From Candidatus Zixiibacteriota bacterium (GTDB lineage Bacteria > Zixibacteria > MSB-5A5 > UBA10806 > 4484-95), in NCBI GenBank assembly GCA_037441845.1, contig JBBIRK010000001.1:241184-305183 (forward strand): 64,000 nucleotides of DNA, read 5' to 3'. The notes under the pieces were generated by a model. That model did not search any database. It was given only the letters and a program-made list of their open reading frames with translations, and was not told the origin of the DNA. Position 1 is the stretch's first letter; each line of letters opens with the position of its first letter. Positions 21,424 through 33,056 of the stretch are shown piece by piece. The position numbers were made by a program, and so were the translations under genes.

Positions 21424-22968
21424 TCAATAATTCGTTTCGAAGGCGCCGTTTTTATATGTGGCATAAATGAACCCACGCCCGCTTCCTCTTATATCAAAGC
21501 GGTCTTTGAGGTCATTAAACAAACCATCGGAAAAACTGCCCGGAGAAACGAAAAGCAATTTGCGGCATTCCTCGCTTTTGGGTTTTTGAATACCTCTGAT
21601 GATCAATCTGAAATCGCACTCCAGCTCGGGAAACTTCAGGACACCGGTCCGGAAAATAGCCCGGCAGACCTCATTACGATCGGCATAGATGAATAGCGGC
21701 ACTCTATGGTACGTGTTTATGTTAGGGCAGATGCGTAAAAGGGGTTTTCTGATACCGACGGATTCCGAGTAATACTCGGGGTAATCGAACTTGGTCATCA
21801 GATAAGAAAAACGCGTGTCGGCGGGAATCGTGTGTTCGATCCTATCCTCGAAACGCTTGTCGTCGATCCCCTGGATGACCATGGCCGCGCCGCGGGCAAG
21901 AAGTAGAATCAACGATGTCAATGTTATCGATTTGATCAGCCTTTCCGATGGTTTTTTGCCGATAGTCAGCGCTGCGGCGCAAATAAAAATGACTCCGAGC
22001 CAGAACGGCCTATCCCCCTTGAAACCGAATCCCATGATTTTATATGGCATAACCAAGGCCAAAAGCAAAAAGCCGATTCCTATTACCATCTTGGCGTTTT
22101 TCAACGACTCCCGATAATTTCCTTTTAGCTGAAAATGAATGAACAAAAAAAGAGCCGTCATCACCAATAGATTTATCGCGACGATTATAACCATCATGGT
22201 ATTCGAAGCGAAATCATTGAAACGATAAAGCACCGCCAATGATATGTAATAGGCGCCCAATTTACCGAACACGTCATAAAGCCAAATTGTTTGCGATCCC
22301 AGTTCTCCTGAATACTTGGCCAAATATATTATGAATAGAATCGTCACCGGCAGTAAAGCCACCGCGACCGATCCCATATCTAAATATTTTTTCGATCCAT
22401 AGAACACCCTCATCGACAAGACCGTGATCACGGCCGCCACTAAAACGATAAAGTGAATGTAATACAACAAGAGAAATAGAATCGAGTAAATCAATGTATT
22501 CACCCAGGACCGCTTAATAGACAATGGCTCGGCTGCGAAAATCAAATAAAGCGCCAGACCGAAATTGAAAGAAAGATAACCATAGAAGAAGAAAATCGAT
22601 GGTGTAAAAAAAGCGGCAAAGGCGCCGGCCAGCGTACGATTGACTTGAGAATCGCCGAATACCCGCTTAAAACCAATAAACAGCAACAGAAATGTAACGG
22701 CGGAAAAAATCCTTCCAGCCAGGTCCGGTGAAACTAAAAAATTCATCAAGCCCATTATTATAGTCAGAGCCGAGTTCGGAATCACCGGCGCTCTAATGGT
22801 GAAATTCTCCGTGAATTCGGCATTCGATTGCAGCAGTTCTCTGAACACTTTCGCCTGGTATATCCAATCCGCGTAATCCTGAAACGGCAGGCGCGGGGCG
22901 ATAAACATGCAAAGAACAAACGCGATTACCGATAAGTTAAGAGCGCTTTTCATTATGTTGTTATTCAT
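21424..22968 (-). CDS. Polytopic membrane protein, possibly GT-C-like
   Basis: About 11 TM segments, LPFQDY..W loop after the first TM, C-terminal soluble domain; AT-richer than neighbours. Confidence 0.5.
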   Translation of the reverse strand: MNNNIMKSALNLSVIAFVLCMFIAPRLPFQDYADWIYQAKVFRELLQSNAEFTENFTIRAPVIPNSALTIIMGLMNFLVSPDLAGRIFSAVTFLLLFIGFKRVFGDSQVNRTLAGAFAAFFTPSIFFFYGYLSFNFGLALYLIFAAEPLSIKRSWVNTLIYSILFLLLYYIHFIVLVAAVITVLSMRVFYGSKKYLDMGSVAVALLPVTILFIIYLAKYSGELGSQTIWLYDVFGKLGAYYISLAVLYRFNDFASNTMMVIIVAINLLVMTALFLFIHFQLKGNYRESLKNAKMVIGIGFLLLALVMPYKIMGFGFKGDRPFWLGVIFICAAALTIGKKPSERLIKSITLTSLILLLARGAAMVIQGIDDKRFEDRIEHTIPADTRFSYLMTKFDYPEYYSESVGIRKPLLRICPNINTYHRVPLFIYADRNEVCRAIFRTGVLKFPELECDFRLIIRGIQKPKSEECRKLLFVSPGSFSDGLFNDLKDRFDIRGSGRGFIYATYKNGAFETNY

Positions 22969-23158
22969 GCCTTAATTAGTAGGCCGATCATGCGATAAAG
23001 TCAATCTTATTTTGGCGCTGGATTACCCCATGATCGGGAATACACCGAAACGAAATCGTAAATCCCGAATCACCACGTATTCATCGATCGGAAATTATAA
23101 CGAAGATTATTAAAATCGCTTTCGGTCAGGTTATCCAGACCCGGGCCATGTGGTGTGT

Positions 23159-23905
23159 TTAATGATGATCATCGGAGAAGAACTGGCTGTCGGCTTTGCA
23201 GGCGGGCACTATCGCATTTGTATCGATGCGCGATAGATAGGTCAATACGCCTTCGCCCGTTCTTTTCGACAGCAAAAGCCCCTTTTCGGTCTCGCAAAGC
23301 ATCTTGTAAATGCGCCCTTCGTGCTTTTGATACAAATATCGGGCCGTGACCGCGGCGTCGTTTAGACCACGCTCATCGTCATCGATCTGCAACAACCTTT
23401 CGATCAATCCCCCCGCGCATATCGAATCTTCTATAGAAAATTTTCCGGGTCTGCCGGCGCAAAAAATTATTATCCTCCTTGAAGCCGCCAACTTATCCGC
23501 CAACGCACCGATATTGTTGAAACCGCCGATATAAATCCGCGGGGCGATGTTTCTGATTGCCACCAATCCGGCAAGTTCCTCCGAAAGCAACACCAAATCT
23601 TTTCCGGAGCTTTGCACCTGACCGATTTCCGTCGGAGTGAAGCCCAAGTCGAACCCCCCGATTATGCGTCCGTCCTTTTCGCCACATAAAAGAACGTTTT
23701 CTGCGCCCAAAAAATCGCGCAGGCGAAATGCCTCGTCAGCAGTCGTCGCGGGCACAATGCGCTTTATGCCCTGCTCGAAAGCGGCGATCACTATGGCGCT
23801 GATTCCGAAAACATCGATTATGACCACGACATCGGCCTTCCCTCCGGCCGTCGTCATATCCTCGATCGAGTAGAAAATCGAAATTTCCCGCGGCAAGTCG
23901 TGCAT
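23159..23905 (-). CDS. 2-phosphosulfolactate phosphatase (ComB) family protein, divergent
   Basis: VVIIDV, LLCGE..G..I.GFDLG..P.E, CAG....FSIED..CAG motifs. Confidence 0.8.
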   Translation of the reverse strand: MHDLPREISIFYSIEDMTTAGGKADVVVIIDVFGISAIVIAAFEQGIKRIVPATTADEAFRLRDFLGAENVLLCGEKDGRIIGGFDLGFTPTEIGQVQSSGKDLVLLSEELAGLVAIRNIAPRIYIGGFNNIGALADKLAASRRIIIFCAGRPGKFSIEDSICAGGLIERLLQIDDDERGLNDAAVTARYLYQKHEGRIYKMLCETEKGLLLSKRTGEGVLTYLSRIDTNAIVPACKADSQFFSDDHH

Positions 23906-24114
23906 ATTCCAATGTATCGGAAATAACCGCTGTCGATAGAGAATTTATCGCTCAAAAGCGGCAACCGTTCCGTCACCAGATTTTCATTTCCGGTCTTACT
24001 GCGATATCTCTCCAGCTCACCCACTATCACCTTAATCGCAGATGTCGCAGGTCTTGCTTATCGCGCGCCGCGAAAGTTCGCCGCCCAACGCCTGAAAGGC
24101 CTTGATCGTTCCGG

Positions 24115-25209
24115 CTATTTATGAGTAGCCGCTTTATAAAACGGCGTCTTTGCAACTCTGGCCGGATGTTTTTGCCCGCGCACGTCTATTTCGATCTGCT
24201 TGCCGATTTCAGCGTATTCGACCGGCACATATCCCATGCCTATCGCGGTCTTCAGCGATGGCGAAAACACACCCGAGGTGACCTCGCCGATTTTCCGGTC
24301 CCCGTCATATATGGAATAATGCTGGCGCGGAAATACTTTCCCGGGCATCTCAAAACCTATCAACTTGCGCTTGAGGCCCTTTTCTTTTATTCGAACGAGC
24401 GCCTGTTTCCCGATAAAATCCTGCTTATCGAGCTTGACGACCCATCCCAATCCGGCCTCAAGAGGGTTCGTTTCTTCCCAAATATCATTGCCATATAGAG
24501 CGAATTTCATTTCCAGGCGAAGCGAATCGCGGGCGCCCAAGCCGACCGGCCCGCCGCCGTTATCGACGACAGCTTCATAACAGGCCTCCCAAAGTTTCTC
24601 CGCCAGACGATTCGGAATGTACAATTCGAATCCATCTTCGCCGGTGTAACCGGTTCGCGAAAACATTATTTTCTCGCCAGCGACCCGCCCGAACGCCGCA
24701 TGATAATATTTGAGTTCCGCGATCGGGAAATCGGTCAACGATGACATGACTCCAGCTGCCTGCGGCCCCTGAATAGCGATCAACGAGGTCTCATCGGAAA
24801 TATTCCTGAGCCGGACTCCATCGGTAAGATACTTCTCGATATGCGCATAATCCTTGGCGATATTCGAGGCGTTGACCACCATGAAGATTCGATCTTTGAA
24901 ATTATAAACCAGTAGGTCATCGACGATCCCGCCGTCTTCGTAGCACATACAGGTGTACATAACCTGATTTTCCACGAGCCGATCCAGATCGTTGGTCACA
25001 AGATTCTGCACGAAAGCTCTCGCACCGGGGCCGCTTATTTCGAATTCTCCCATGTGAGTCAAATCGAAAATTCCCACGGCCTGCCTTACCCGCATATGCT
25101 CGGCGATCATGGAATCATACATGACCGGCATAAGATATCCGGCGAACGTGATCATTTTCGCGCCGAGCCGGCAATGGATATCATAAAATGGGGTTTTCTT
25201 TTCAGTCAT
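24115..25209 (-). CDS. gcvT: Glycine cleavage system aminomethyltransferase T
   Basis: FDLTHMG, SRTGYTGEDGFE, GLGARDSLRLE motifs. Confidence 0.98.
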   Translation of the reverse strand: MTEKKTPFYDIHCRLGAKMITFAGYLMPVMYDSMIAEHMRVRQAVGIFDLTHMGEFEISGPGARAFVQNLVTNDLDRLVENQVMYTCMCYEDGGIVDDLLVYNFKDRIFMVVNASNIAKDYAHIEKYLTDGVRLRNISDETSLIAIQGPQAAGVMSSLTDFPIAELKYYHAAFGRVAGEKIMFSRTGYTGEDGFELYIPNRLAEKLWEACYEAVVDNGGGPVGLGARDSLRLEMKFALYGNDIWEETNPLEAGLGWVVKLDKQDFIGKQALVRIKEKGLKRKLIGFEMPGKVFPRQHYSIYDGDRKIGEVTSGVFSPSLKTAIGMGYVPVEYAEIGKQIEIDVRGQKHPARVAKTPFYKAATHK

Positions 25210-25494
25210 CTTTCCTCCAATAATCGATTTCTATAGGGATAAGATATGCCGAACGGTATATCGGGTCAACCTAATTAACCACCTCGGTCCAAAGGCCTCG
25301 GCACCAATCGCATCTTCGGACTCAAGTTCCGGCTGTAACTCGAAGCCGAAGTCGATTCAGCGCTTTCGGGATTTTAATTTCCCCAAAAAAATCTTATATT
25401 ATTAGGGGAATAGAAACATAGGCTCATAAATATCTGTTTATATACATTTGCGGTGGAAAAACTTTGAATCTTGACCGATAACCAGGAGCCGGCC

Positions 25495-26799
25495 ATGCCC
25501 CAGAATCAATCAACGGGTAAAATAGTGATTTTCGAAGACAAAGAGAAAGTCTCGGCGTTCACCAATGCGATAAAGCAGTTCGATCGCGCCTCAGCGATTT
25601 TGAATTTGACTCCCAACCAAGTTGCATTAGCCAAAGAGCCGCGCAAGATAATGGAAGCGATGCTGCCGGTGCGGATGGACGACGGGCGGATCGAGACGTT
25701 CAGGGCTTTTAGAGTTCAGCACAGCATCGCCCGCGGGCCTGCCAAGGGCGGAGTGCGATTCCATCCCGACGTCAATCTCGATGAAGTCAAGGCTTTGGCC
25801 TTCTGGATGACTTACAAATGCGCCGTCGTCGGCATACCGATGGGGGGCGCCAAAGGCGGAGTGGTGGTCGATCCGCGGAAGCTGTCGATCGGGGAACTCG
25901 AGCGGTTGTCCCGTCGCTATTTCGCTGAAATGATCAGCCTGTTCGGCCCCGATCGCGACGTGCCCGCCCCCGATGTCAACACCAACCCGCAGATCATGGC
26001 TTGGTTCATGGACACTTATTCGATGCACTTCGGCGATTATATCCCGGCCGTCGTCACCGGCAAACCGTTGGCTCTGGGCGGATCTCGGGGGCGCAATACC
26101 GCGACCGCCCAAGGGATGGTCTATGTGGTGCGGCAGGCGGCCAAATACCTTAATTGGGACCTGCCCTCGCGCAGCGTTGCCATACAAGGTTTCGGGAACG
26201 CCGGCTCGTTCGCCGCCTTGTTGCTGTCCAAAATCGGCTGCAAGATCAAGGCGATATCGGATATCGACGGCGCTTTCTACAACGACAGCGGGATCGATCC
26301 CGAGAAGGCGATCGAATTCGTGCGCCTTAACGGCTCGTTGAAAGATTTTCATCTGACGGGCCAAGCCGAAATTATCAGCAACCCCTTGGAGCTTCTTGAA
26401 TTGCCGGTAGATATTCTGATTCCGGCCGCGCTCGAAAATCAGATCACACAAGAAAATGCGCCACGGGTCAAAGCCCGCTTGATCGCCGAATGCGCTAACG
26501 GCCCCTGCACACCCGAAGCCGACGACATTCTCGACGGCAACGGCGTTTTTGTCGTGCCCGATATCCTCTGCAACGCCGGCGGCGTTACCGTCTCGTATCT
26601 CGAGTGGGTGCAAAATCGGATGGGGTATTACTGGAAAGAAAAACGGGTGCAGAAAGATCTGAAAGAGATAATGGACAATTCATTCTTGGCGGTTGTCGAA
26701 ATCGCCCGCCAATACGGCGTCAATATGCGCACCGCGGCGTTCATTGTCGGTATCAAGCGGGTCATCGAGGCAAGCGAACTGAGAGGACTTTACGCTTAA
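25495..26799 (+). CDS. Glu/Leu/Phe/Val dehydrogenase (probable NAD(P)-dependent glutamate dehydrogenase)
   Basis: RGPAKGGVRFHP, GGAKGG, DVPAPDV, QGFGNAG, PDILCNAGGVTVSY; ATG 25495 after AGGAG. Confidence 0.93.
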   Translation: MPQNQSTGKIVIFEDKEKVSAFTNAIKQFDRASAILNLTPNQVALAKEPRKIMEAMLPVRMDDGRIETFRAFRVQHSIARGPAKGGVRFHPDVNLDEVKALAFWMTYKCAVVGIPMGGAKGGVVVDPRKLSIGELERLSRRYFAEMISLFGPDRDVPAPDVNTNPQIMAWFMDTYSMHFGDYIPAVVTGKPLALGGSRGRNTATAQGMVYVVRQAAKYLNWDLPSRSVAIQGFGNAGSFAALLLSKIGCKIKAISDIDGAFYNDSGIDPEKAIEFVRLNGSLKDFHLTGQAEIISNPLELLELPVDILIPAALENQITQENAPRVKARLIAECANGPCTPEADDILDGNGVFVVPDILCNAGGVTVSYLEWVQNRMGYYWKEKRVQKDLKEIMDNSFLAVVEIARQYGVNMRTAAFIVGIKRVIEASELRGLYA

Positions 26800-27034
26800 A
26801 ACCGTTTCCCCTGAAAGAATCAGAACCGAACCTGAACCGTTGCCGCATGCTCCAGGTTCACCATCCAAAATCGCGCGACTCCGCGTTCGATATTCATAAT
26901 ATCGAGCACCGCCAAACCGCCCCATGGCAAATAGGAGGTTTTCATTTTTAACTGACTTGCGGAATCCCACCTGAATCCTTTCAACATTTTCCTTGACTGT
27001 CGGCCGTAATTCGCTATTTTTCGACCCTGAGGAA

Positions 27035-27052
27035 TTGTGAAAAATTGAACAA
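27035..27052 (+). promoter_or_regulatory. Possible Rex-like operator just downstream of a TTGACT..TATTTT promoter for gdhA
   Basis: TTGTGAAAAATTGAACAA versus the Rex consensus TTGTGAAnnnnTTCACAA (2 mismatches). Confidence 0.4.
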
Positions 27053-27108
27053 TCCCCGTTTGAAATATTAGTTGGGTGTCGCCTTTACATGACTCAGGAA
27101 AAGGCTAA

Positions 27109-28467
<1,359 letters not shown>

Positions 28468-28496
28468 GTTACGACTAATCGAATATCTTTGCGCAG

Positions 28497-28524
28497 AACG
28501 ACCCCGCCCGGGGTCGTTTTTTTT
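28497..28524 (+). terminator. Rho-independent terminator after gdhA
   Basis: AACGACCCC-GCCC-GGGGTCGTT followed by a T tract. Confidence 0.85.
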
Positions 28525-28626
28525 GGCATATACCGCAATGTTGAGCACATGGCTGAAAATTAAAATCGATCCCGCTATAATCCGTCGGCTGTTTCGCCGG
28601 GCCCAAAATGCGAACTATGGAGAAAT

Positions 28627-28669
28627 AAAAAAACAGCAGGGATCCGTTGAAGATCCCTGCTGCGTTTTT
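28627..28669 (-). terminator. Rho-independent terminator of the 28704-32174 gene (possibly bidirectional)
   Basis: A7-CAGCAGGGATC-loop-GATCCCTGCTG-cgT5. Confidence 0.8.
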
Positions 28670-28703
28670 CATTGCCCTCTTAAGGCATGAAATTCAAGAT
28701 CGA

Positions 28704-31700
28704 CTATTTCAGCGATTCGATATTTTCGATCGGTGTCGGCCTGATGATGGGCGGCGGAAAGAAGTGGCAATAGCTTAAAGTGGCATTTCCTTTGAAATAA
28801 GCCACCAGCCTGGTGATATCCGAGCCCCTGAATTCGCAGTTGCCGTTGACATCGCCGGCCACGTACAGATAACCGCCGGTCGAATCCATATAGCAGCTAT
28901 CCGGCGGCGGACCACCGATTCCCTTGAAGTAGCGCACACCGAACGTAACGTCACCGCCGATACGGTTGCCGTCGCCGTTGATATCGCCGGGCACGTATTC
29001 GCAGGGAGTGCCTCCGCCACAGTCATAGCCGGTGTTCAAATCGGCGTCGGAACGCGGCACAAGGCGCCAAGCCCCGCGTCTCCAGCGAACCACACCGGTC
29101 AGACCCGCCACCGTGCTGCCCGTCGTGGGAACGGTGTAGCTGCGGTGAGCCGCCTCGCCCTCTATAGAGATCGTGTCGCCGGTGGTCAGTGAAAACAGAT
29201 AATGAGAGTAGGCATCGGGAACGCCGGGAGTTCCGACCTCCAAAGAATCGCACAGCTTGACCAGTGAACCCTCGAACCGTTCGTTGTTCAGGGCCGGGCC
29301 GTTATAGCGGAAATCACCGGCATTGGTCGTTTGGTAGCTCGGTTGGGGGCTTCCTCCCTGGCCGACAAGATACACGTTGCGATAAGTGCCGAGGTAATCG
29401 AGCTCGGTCTCGCCGAAATATTCGCGCACCTGAGCCGTCACCACCGCCGTATCGCCGATTGCCGGCCAATAGCTGCCCAGCCAGCTTTGCGGCGCCGGCA
29501 TGTAAATCAAGACGCCGTTGAAATAATCGCCGCTGTTGTCACGGATATAAAAGTTGTTCGGATAATATGAGGAAGTATCGGCGATGAAAACTCCTTTTAC
29601 CGTGACAACCTCGTTCAGCATCGGGCTTGGTGCAGTGGAATCGAACGAATTCGGCGTCTGGATCATGCTGATAGGAGTGAATCCCTGCCAGAACCGCACG
29701 CTGTCGGGATTGGTCATCTGGATGCCGCTCGAGTCAATGACGCCCTGCGTAATCAAGGTATCACCGACTCCATTTCCCTGGGTCGCGGTGGTCAGCAACA
29801 CCCGACGGCGGGTCGTCGTATCGAATTCGGCTGCTGTCACGGCGATTCCGCTCTTAAGTTGATAGTTGCCGGGTATCTCGGCCGAGGCCTCCTGCATCGC
29901 CCTGTCGAACATCGCCATGAGATGAGTGTTGTCGATCGACCAGGCCCCGATAAGATTAGCCTGCGGAATAACCAGCGGCACATAATCGGATGCTTTGCGC
30001 GGCAGCAACATGTATTCGTTGTCGTAGCCGGTGCGGCCCTCCCACTTGATCACACCGACGATCGAAAGATAACGCGCCCCCTGCGATGGCGCCGGATTGG
30101 GCTGATCGGCACCGTAGGTCCAAAGATCGTTGTCCATGGGGATCGAGTCCGACGTGGAATTATCCGTTATCCACCATTTGCCGGTTATCGAACTGCCGGA
30201 AAGCACGGTGACGCTGTCGATTTTCACCAGAACGTTCTCGAACGCTTCGGCGCCGAAATTGCAACCGTTGATAAGGTCGATAATTCTGACATCGGTGGTT
30301 TCAGGCAGCGGCTGGCCATTTGCCAATATCGTATAGCTGACCAGACTGTCGATCTCCGTCCAACCATAATACTCCTTCACCCTTCCGGTCAATTCGATCT
30401 TGTCACCGATAGCCGGGTGAACCGTGTCGGTTCCGGCGGTGAAATCGTAAACGTAAATACCGGTCCAGGCAGCCCCGCCTCCGGGATTGTAGCTATCCTG
30501 AACATAGAAGCCGTGGATGTAGGGGAACGACGTATCCTGGGCGACCGCGGTGACGATCCCGCAGATATTCACCAGGTTTCCTTCCTCCGGAGATATAAAG
30601 CAGGACGAATCGGTTCCCTGATTGAATGTGAATTCGATGTTGTAGATGCTATCGGCCGGTGCGCAACTATCGGAGGCCGGCACCACGTCGGAAGCGAATC
30701 TCGGATTGACGCTGTAAGACCCATGGGAATAGCTGACATGACCGATTATGCGGGTGTATTGCTGGCCCAAAACCAAAGGAGCCGGCTGGTTGCCGCCGAG
30801 ACGGTAGTCATCGTCGTCGACAGCGCAAGAATCCGTAGCGCCTGGCGTTTTTATCCAGGCCACTCCAAACGAGTCTGGGGCAACAACACATGTCGCATTA
30901 AGCAACTTTACCAACATCCCTTCGAACGACTCGGCGGTGGCATTGCAGGCGGACTGGATTTGATCGGACGTTACCTGCGTGGTGCATATCGGGTTGCCGC
31001 TCGATATAAGGGAAACCGACTGAACATTGCCGATTTCCGTCATGCCGTAATACTCGTTTACCACGCCGCGGACCCTTACTTTTTGGCCGATCGAAGGGGT
31101 ATAGCTGTTTTGATAAACGAAAATTCCTCTCCAGAGAGCGCTGTCGCAATCCTGAATATAAAAATCCTGGCGGGTCCCTTGAGGAATGCCGGAAACCACC
31201 CCTGTTACGTTCAAGGTATCTCCCCAATACGGCGAAGGATAACACGTATCACCGGTTCCCGGGATGGTATTGTTGAATTGGATCGTGGTGATCGGCGTCG
31301 AGGCCACGTTCGAATCCTGTACGGTGTAGCTATAGGTGGCCGATTGCGTGCGCGCGGAACTATCGTCTATGGCAACCACGTAGTATTCGACCAGCGTGCC
31401 TGCCGGTCTTTGGCCTATAGTGTACCAGTAATAATCGCCGACGATGCTATCGTGATAAACCGGATTGAAAGTCAAGGGAGTCGTCTGAATATACAAGCTG
31501 TCATTGACTATATTGTGGTCATCGACAATCGTGGCTCTCACGGTAGTGTTGCTCTCTACATAAACATTGGGAAACGGATACCGGAACACTTGAGAAATGG
31601 TCGGAGGCTGGTTGCCTGCTCCCGCCGAAGGTCCGAACATCTCGAAATCGTCGATGTAAATAGTGGCATCACCGTCCCAGTTGGCGGGTACATCGTAAAA

Positions 31701-32174
31701 CCTCAGCCCCACCTGGACGCTGGTGGCCGCGGTCGGAGCCACGGCGCTCCAACCCCATTTGGTCCAATTCGGACTGTCGGACGTATACGAGAGGTAATAA
31801 CTGGTGCTTCCCGTGCTCCATCGGAAAAAGATAGTAGCCCTTCCGGCAACGTCGTTATCGTAGTAATACAGACTACAGCTGTAGGTGGAATCGCCGATTA
31901 CCGCGACCGGATCGGAGAGAAGTTCGCAAATCGTCTGAGTCGGCGATATCCAGGTGAAATTAACGCTATAGCTTCCCCCATGCACCGGCGACGTAGCTTG
32001 GGTGGCGCTCGAACTATCGGCGTTGGTTATCCGCCAGTTGTCCGGCGGCCCGCCAGCACCGTTTTCGACCCATGACTCGAATCCGGTGTTCTGCAGCAAC
32101 TGGACCGCTTGACCGGAAGCAGTCATCGCCAGCGCCGCCAGCATCACCATTAGAATCTTGTAACTTGTCTTCAT
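28704..32174 (-). CDS. Large secreted protein: N-terminal CBM-like beta-sandwich, three YhcR/ExeM-like OB-fold repeat units, dockerin-like C-terminus
   Basis: Signal peptide; three repeats of V.G.V...FY.QD...GI.VY...GD.V...G.V.EY.G.TE...E.FEG.LVK; terminal GDINGDG dockerin. Confidence 0.8.
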   Translation of the reverse strand: MKTSYKILMVMLAALAMTASGQAVQLLQNTGFESWVENGAGGPPDNWRITNADSSSATQATSPVHGGSYSVNFTWISPTQTICELLSDPVAVIGDSTYSCSLYYYDNDVAGRATIFFRWSTGSTSYYLSYTSDSPNWTKWGWSAVAPTAATSVQVGLRFYDVPANWDGDATIYIDDFEMFGPSAGAGNQPPTISQVFRYPFPNVYVESNTTVRATIVDDHNIVNDSLYIQTTPLTFNPVYHDSIVGDYYWYTIGQRPAGTLVEYYVVAIDDSSARTQSATYSYTVQDSNVASTPITTIQFNNTIPGTGDTCYPSPYWGDTLNVTGVVSGIPQGTRQDFYIQDCDSALWRGIFVYQNSYTPSIGQKVRVRGVVNEYYGMTEIGNVQSVSLISSGNPICTTQVTSDQIQSACNATAESFEGMLVKLLNATCVVAPDSFGVAWIKTPGATDSCAVDDDDYRLGGNQPAPLVLGQQYTRIIGHVSYSHGSYSVNPRFASDVVPASDSCAPADSIYNIEFTFNQGTDSSCFISPEEGNLVNICGIVTAVAQDTSFPYIHGFYVQDSYNPGGGAAWTGIYVYDFTAGTDTVHPAIGDKIELTGRVKEYYGWTEIDSLVSYTILANGQPLPETTDVRIIDLINGCNFGAEAFENVLVKIDSVTVLSGSSITGKWWITDNSTSDSIPMDNDLWTYGADQPNPAPSQGARYLSIVGVIKWEGRTGYDNEYMLLPRKASDYVPLVIPQANLIGAWSIDNTHLMAMFDRAMQEASAEIPGNYQLKSGIAVTAAEFDTTTRRRVLLTTATQGNGVGDTLITQGVIDSSGIQMTNPDSVRFWQGFTPISMIQTPNSFDSTAPSPMLNEVVTVKGVFIADTSSYYPNNFYIRDNSGDYFNGVLIYMPAPQSWLGSYWPAIGDTAVVTAQVREYFGETELDYLGTYRNVYLVGQGGSPQPSYQTTNAGDFRYNGPALNNERFEGSLVKLCDSLEVGTPGVPDAYSHYLFSLTTGDTISIEGEAAHRSYTVPTTGSTVAGLTGVVRWRRGAWRLVPRSDADLNTGYDCGGGTPCEYVPGDINGDGNRIGGDVTFGVRYFKGIGGPPPDSCYMDSTGGYLYVAGDVNGNCEFRGSDITRLVAYFKGNATLSYCHFFPPPIIRPTPIENIESLK

Positions 32175-32486
32175 ACTCTCCCTTCTAATTGAGGTTTTTT
32201 TGTGATTAAGACGTAACTTTTATTCACTATCACCCGCTTTTCGTCGGGTGATCGCATAAATAGACCTATCGGTTAGCTTGTTATAAGCCTTCGATTGGCG
32301 CATTATTAACTTTTCGGGCAGATACTCCACCTATCCGGATTACGGTTTGCCGGTTTCCTGTTTACTTATCGGTTCTCTCTTTTTGCCTGCCGGCGATGTG
32401 AGTCTGACTCGTTCCGCCGGCTGATCCTGAAGATTACTTTAACTCATTCGGCAGGGCGGCATTCCACGCTTAACGCCGCCGAATTT

Positions 32487-33056
32487 CTATCGCAGCCTCT
32501 CCGCAATTTTCGCTGCGGCGACATGAGGCTCGGTGATAAAAGAATCGATCACCAGCATGGGGTTCTTCTCCTCATAATATTTTTCACCCATACCGGCCAG
32601 CTTCAATTCACCCTGCAGTGCGCGCTGATAAAGATCGATAATATCCGCTTTGTCGGTTCTATGTTGCTCACGCCGAATACATTCCTCGAGAGGGCATTCG
32701 ATCGTCACTACACCGAAATTCTGGATGTTTTCGTGGCAAAGCCGCCTACCCTCCCCTTGACCGTCAACCGAATCGATCAGTGCATTGATACCGTAGCTGT
32801 TGAGAAGGATCGAAGAAAATACCGCCGCTCGGTAGACAAACCCTTTTTCCTCTTTCGAAAACGTCGGATTTGGGGTCAAAAACTGCCTCATATCGTCAAG
32901 TCGAAGATAATGACAGGTGATCGAACGCCCGGCAAGGATTTTCAGAAGCTCTTTGGAAATGGTGGTCTTGCCGGAACCGGAAAGCCCCGTTATCCAGAGA
33001 GTCCAGGGCTGTTCCAGAAAAAGGGGACCAGCCTTTTCCGCCGCATTCTCCACCAT
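32487..33056 (-). CDS. cysC: Adenylyl-sulfate kinase-like protein
   Basis: WITGLSGSGKTT, CPLEECIRR, LYQRA..G motifs. Confidence 0.75.
   Translation of the reverse strand: MVENAAEKAGPLFLEQPWTLWITGLSGSGKTTISKELLKILAGRSITCHYLRLDDMRQFLTPNPTFSKEEKGFVYRAAVFSSILLNSYGINALIDSVDGQGEGRRLCHENIQNFGVVTIECPLEECIRREQHRTDKADIIDLYQRALQGELKLAGMGEKYYEEKNPMLVIDSFITEPHVAAAKIAERLR

Noticed and set aside
23906..24114. Glycine riboswitch near gcvT (CTTTCAGG and GGAGAG on the minus strand)
   Set aside because: The motifs lie downstream of gcvT and lack the rest of the aptamer; the gcvT leader is too short to hold one
29859..32075. 738-aa + strand ORF and other long antisense ORFs (e.g. 53941-55392, 25627-26613, 11084-12001)
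   Set aside because: Shadow ORFs opposite well-supported genes, with no recognisable motifs
32175..32486. Possible c-di-GMP riboswitch in the leader (GGCAAACC and several hairpins)
   Set aside because: Lacks the GAAA tetraloop/GGACGCAAAG arrangement; a structured RNA cannot be supported by eye
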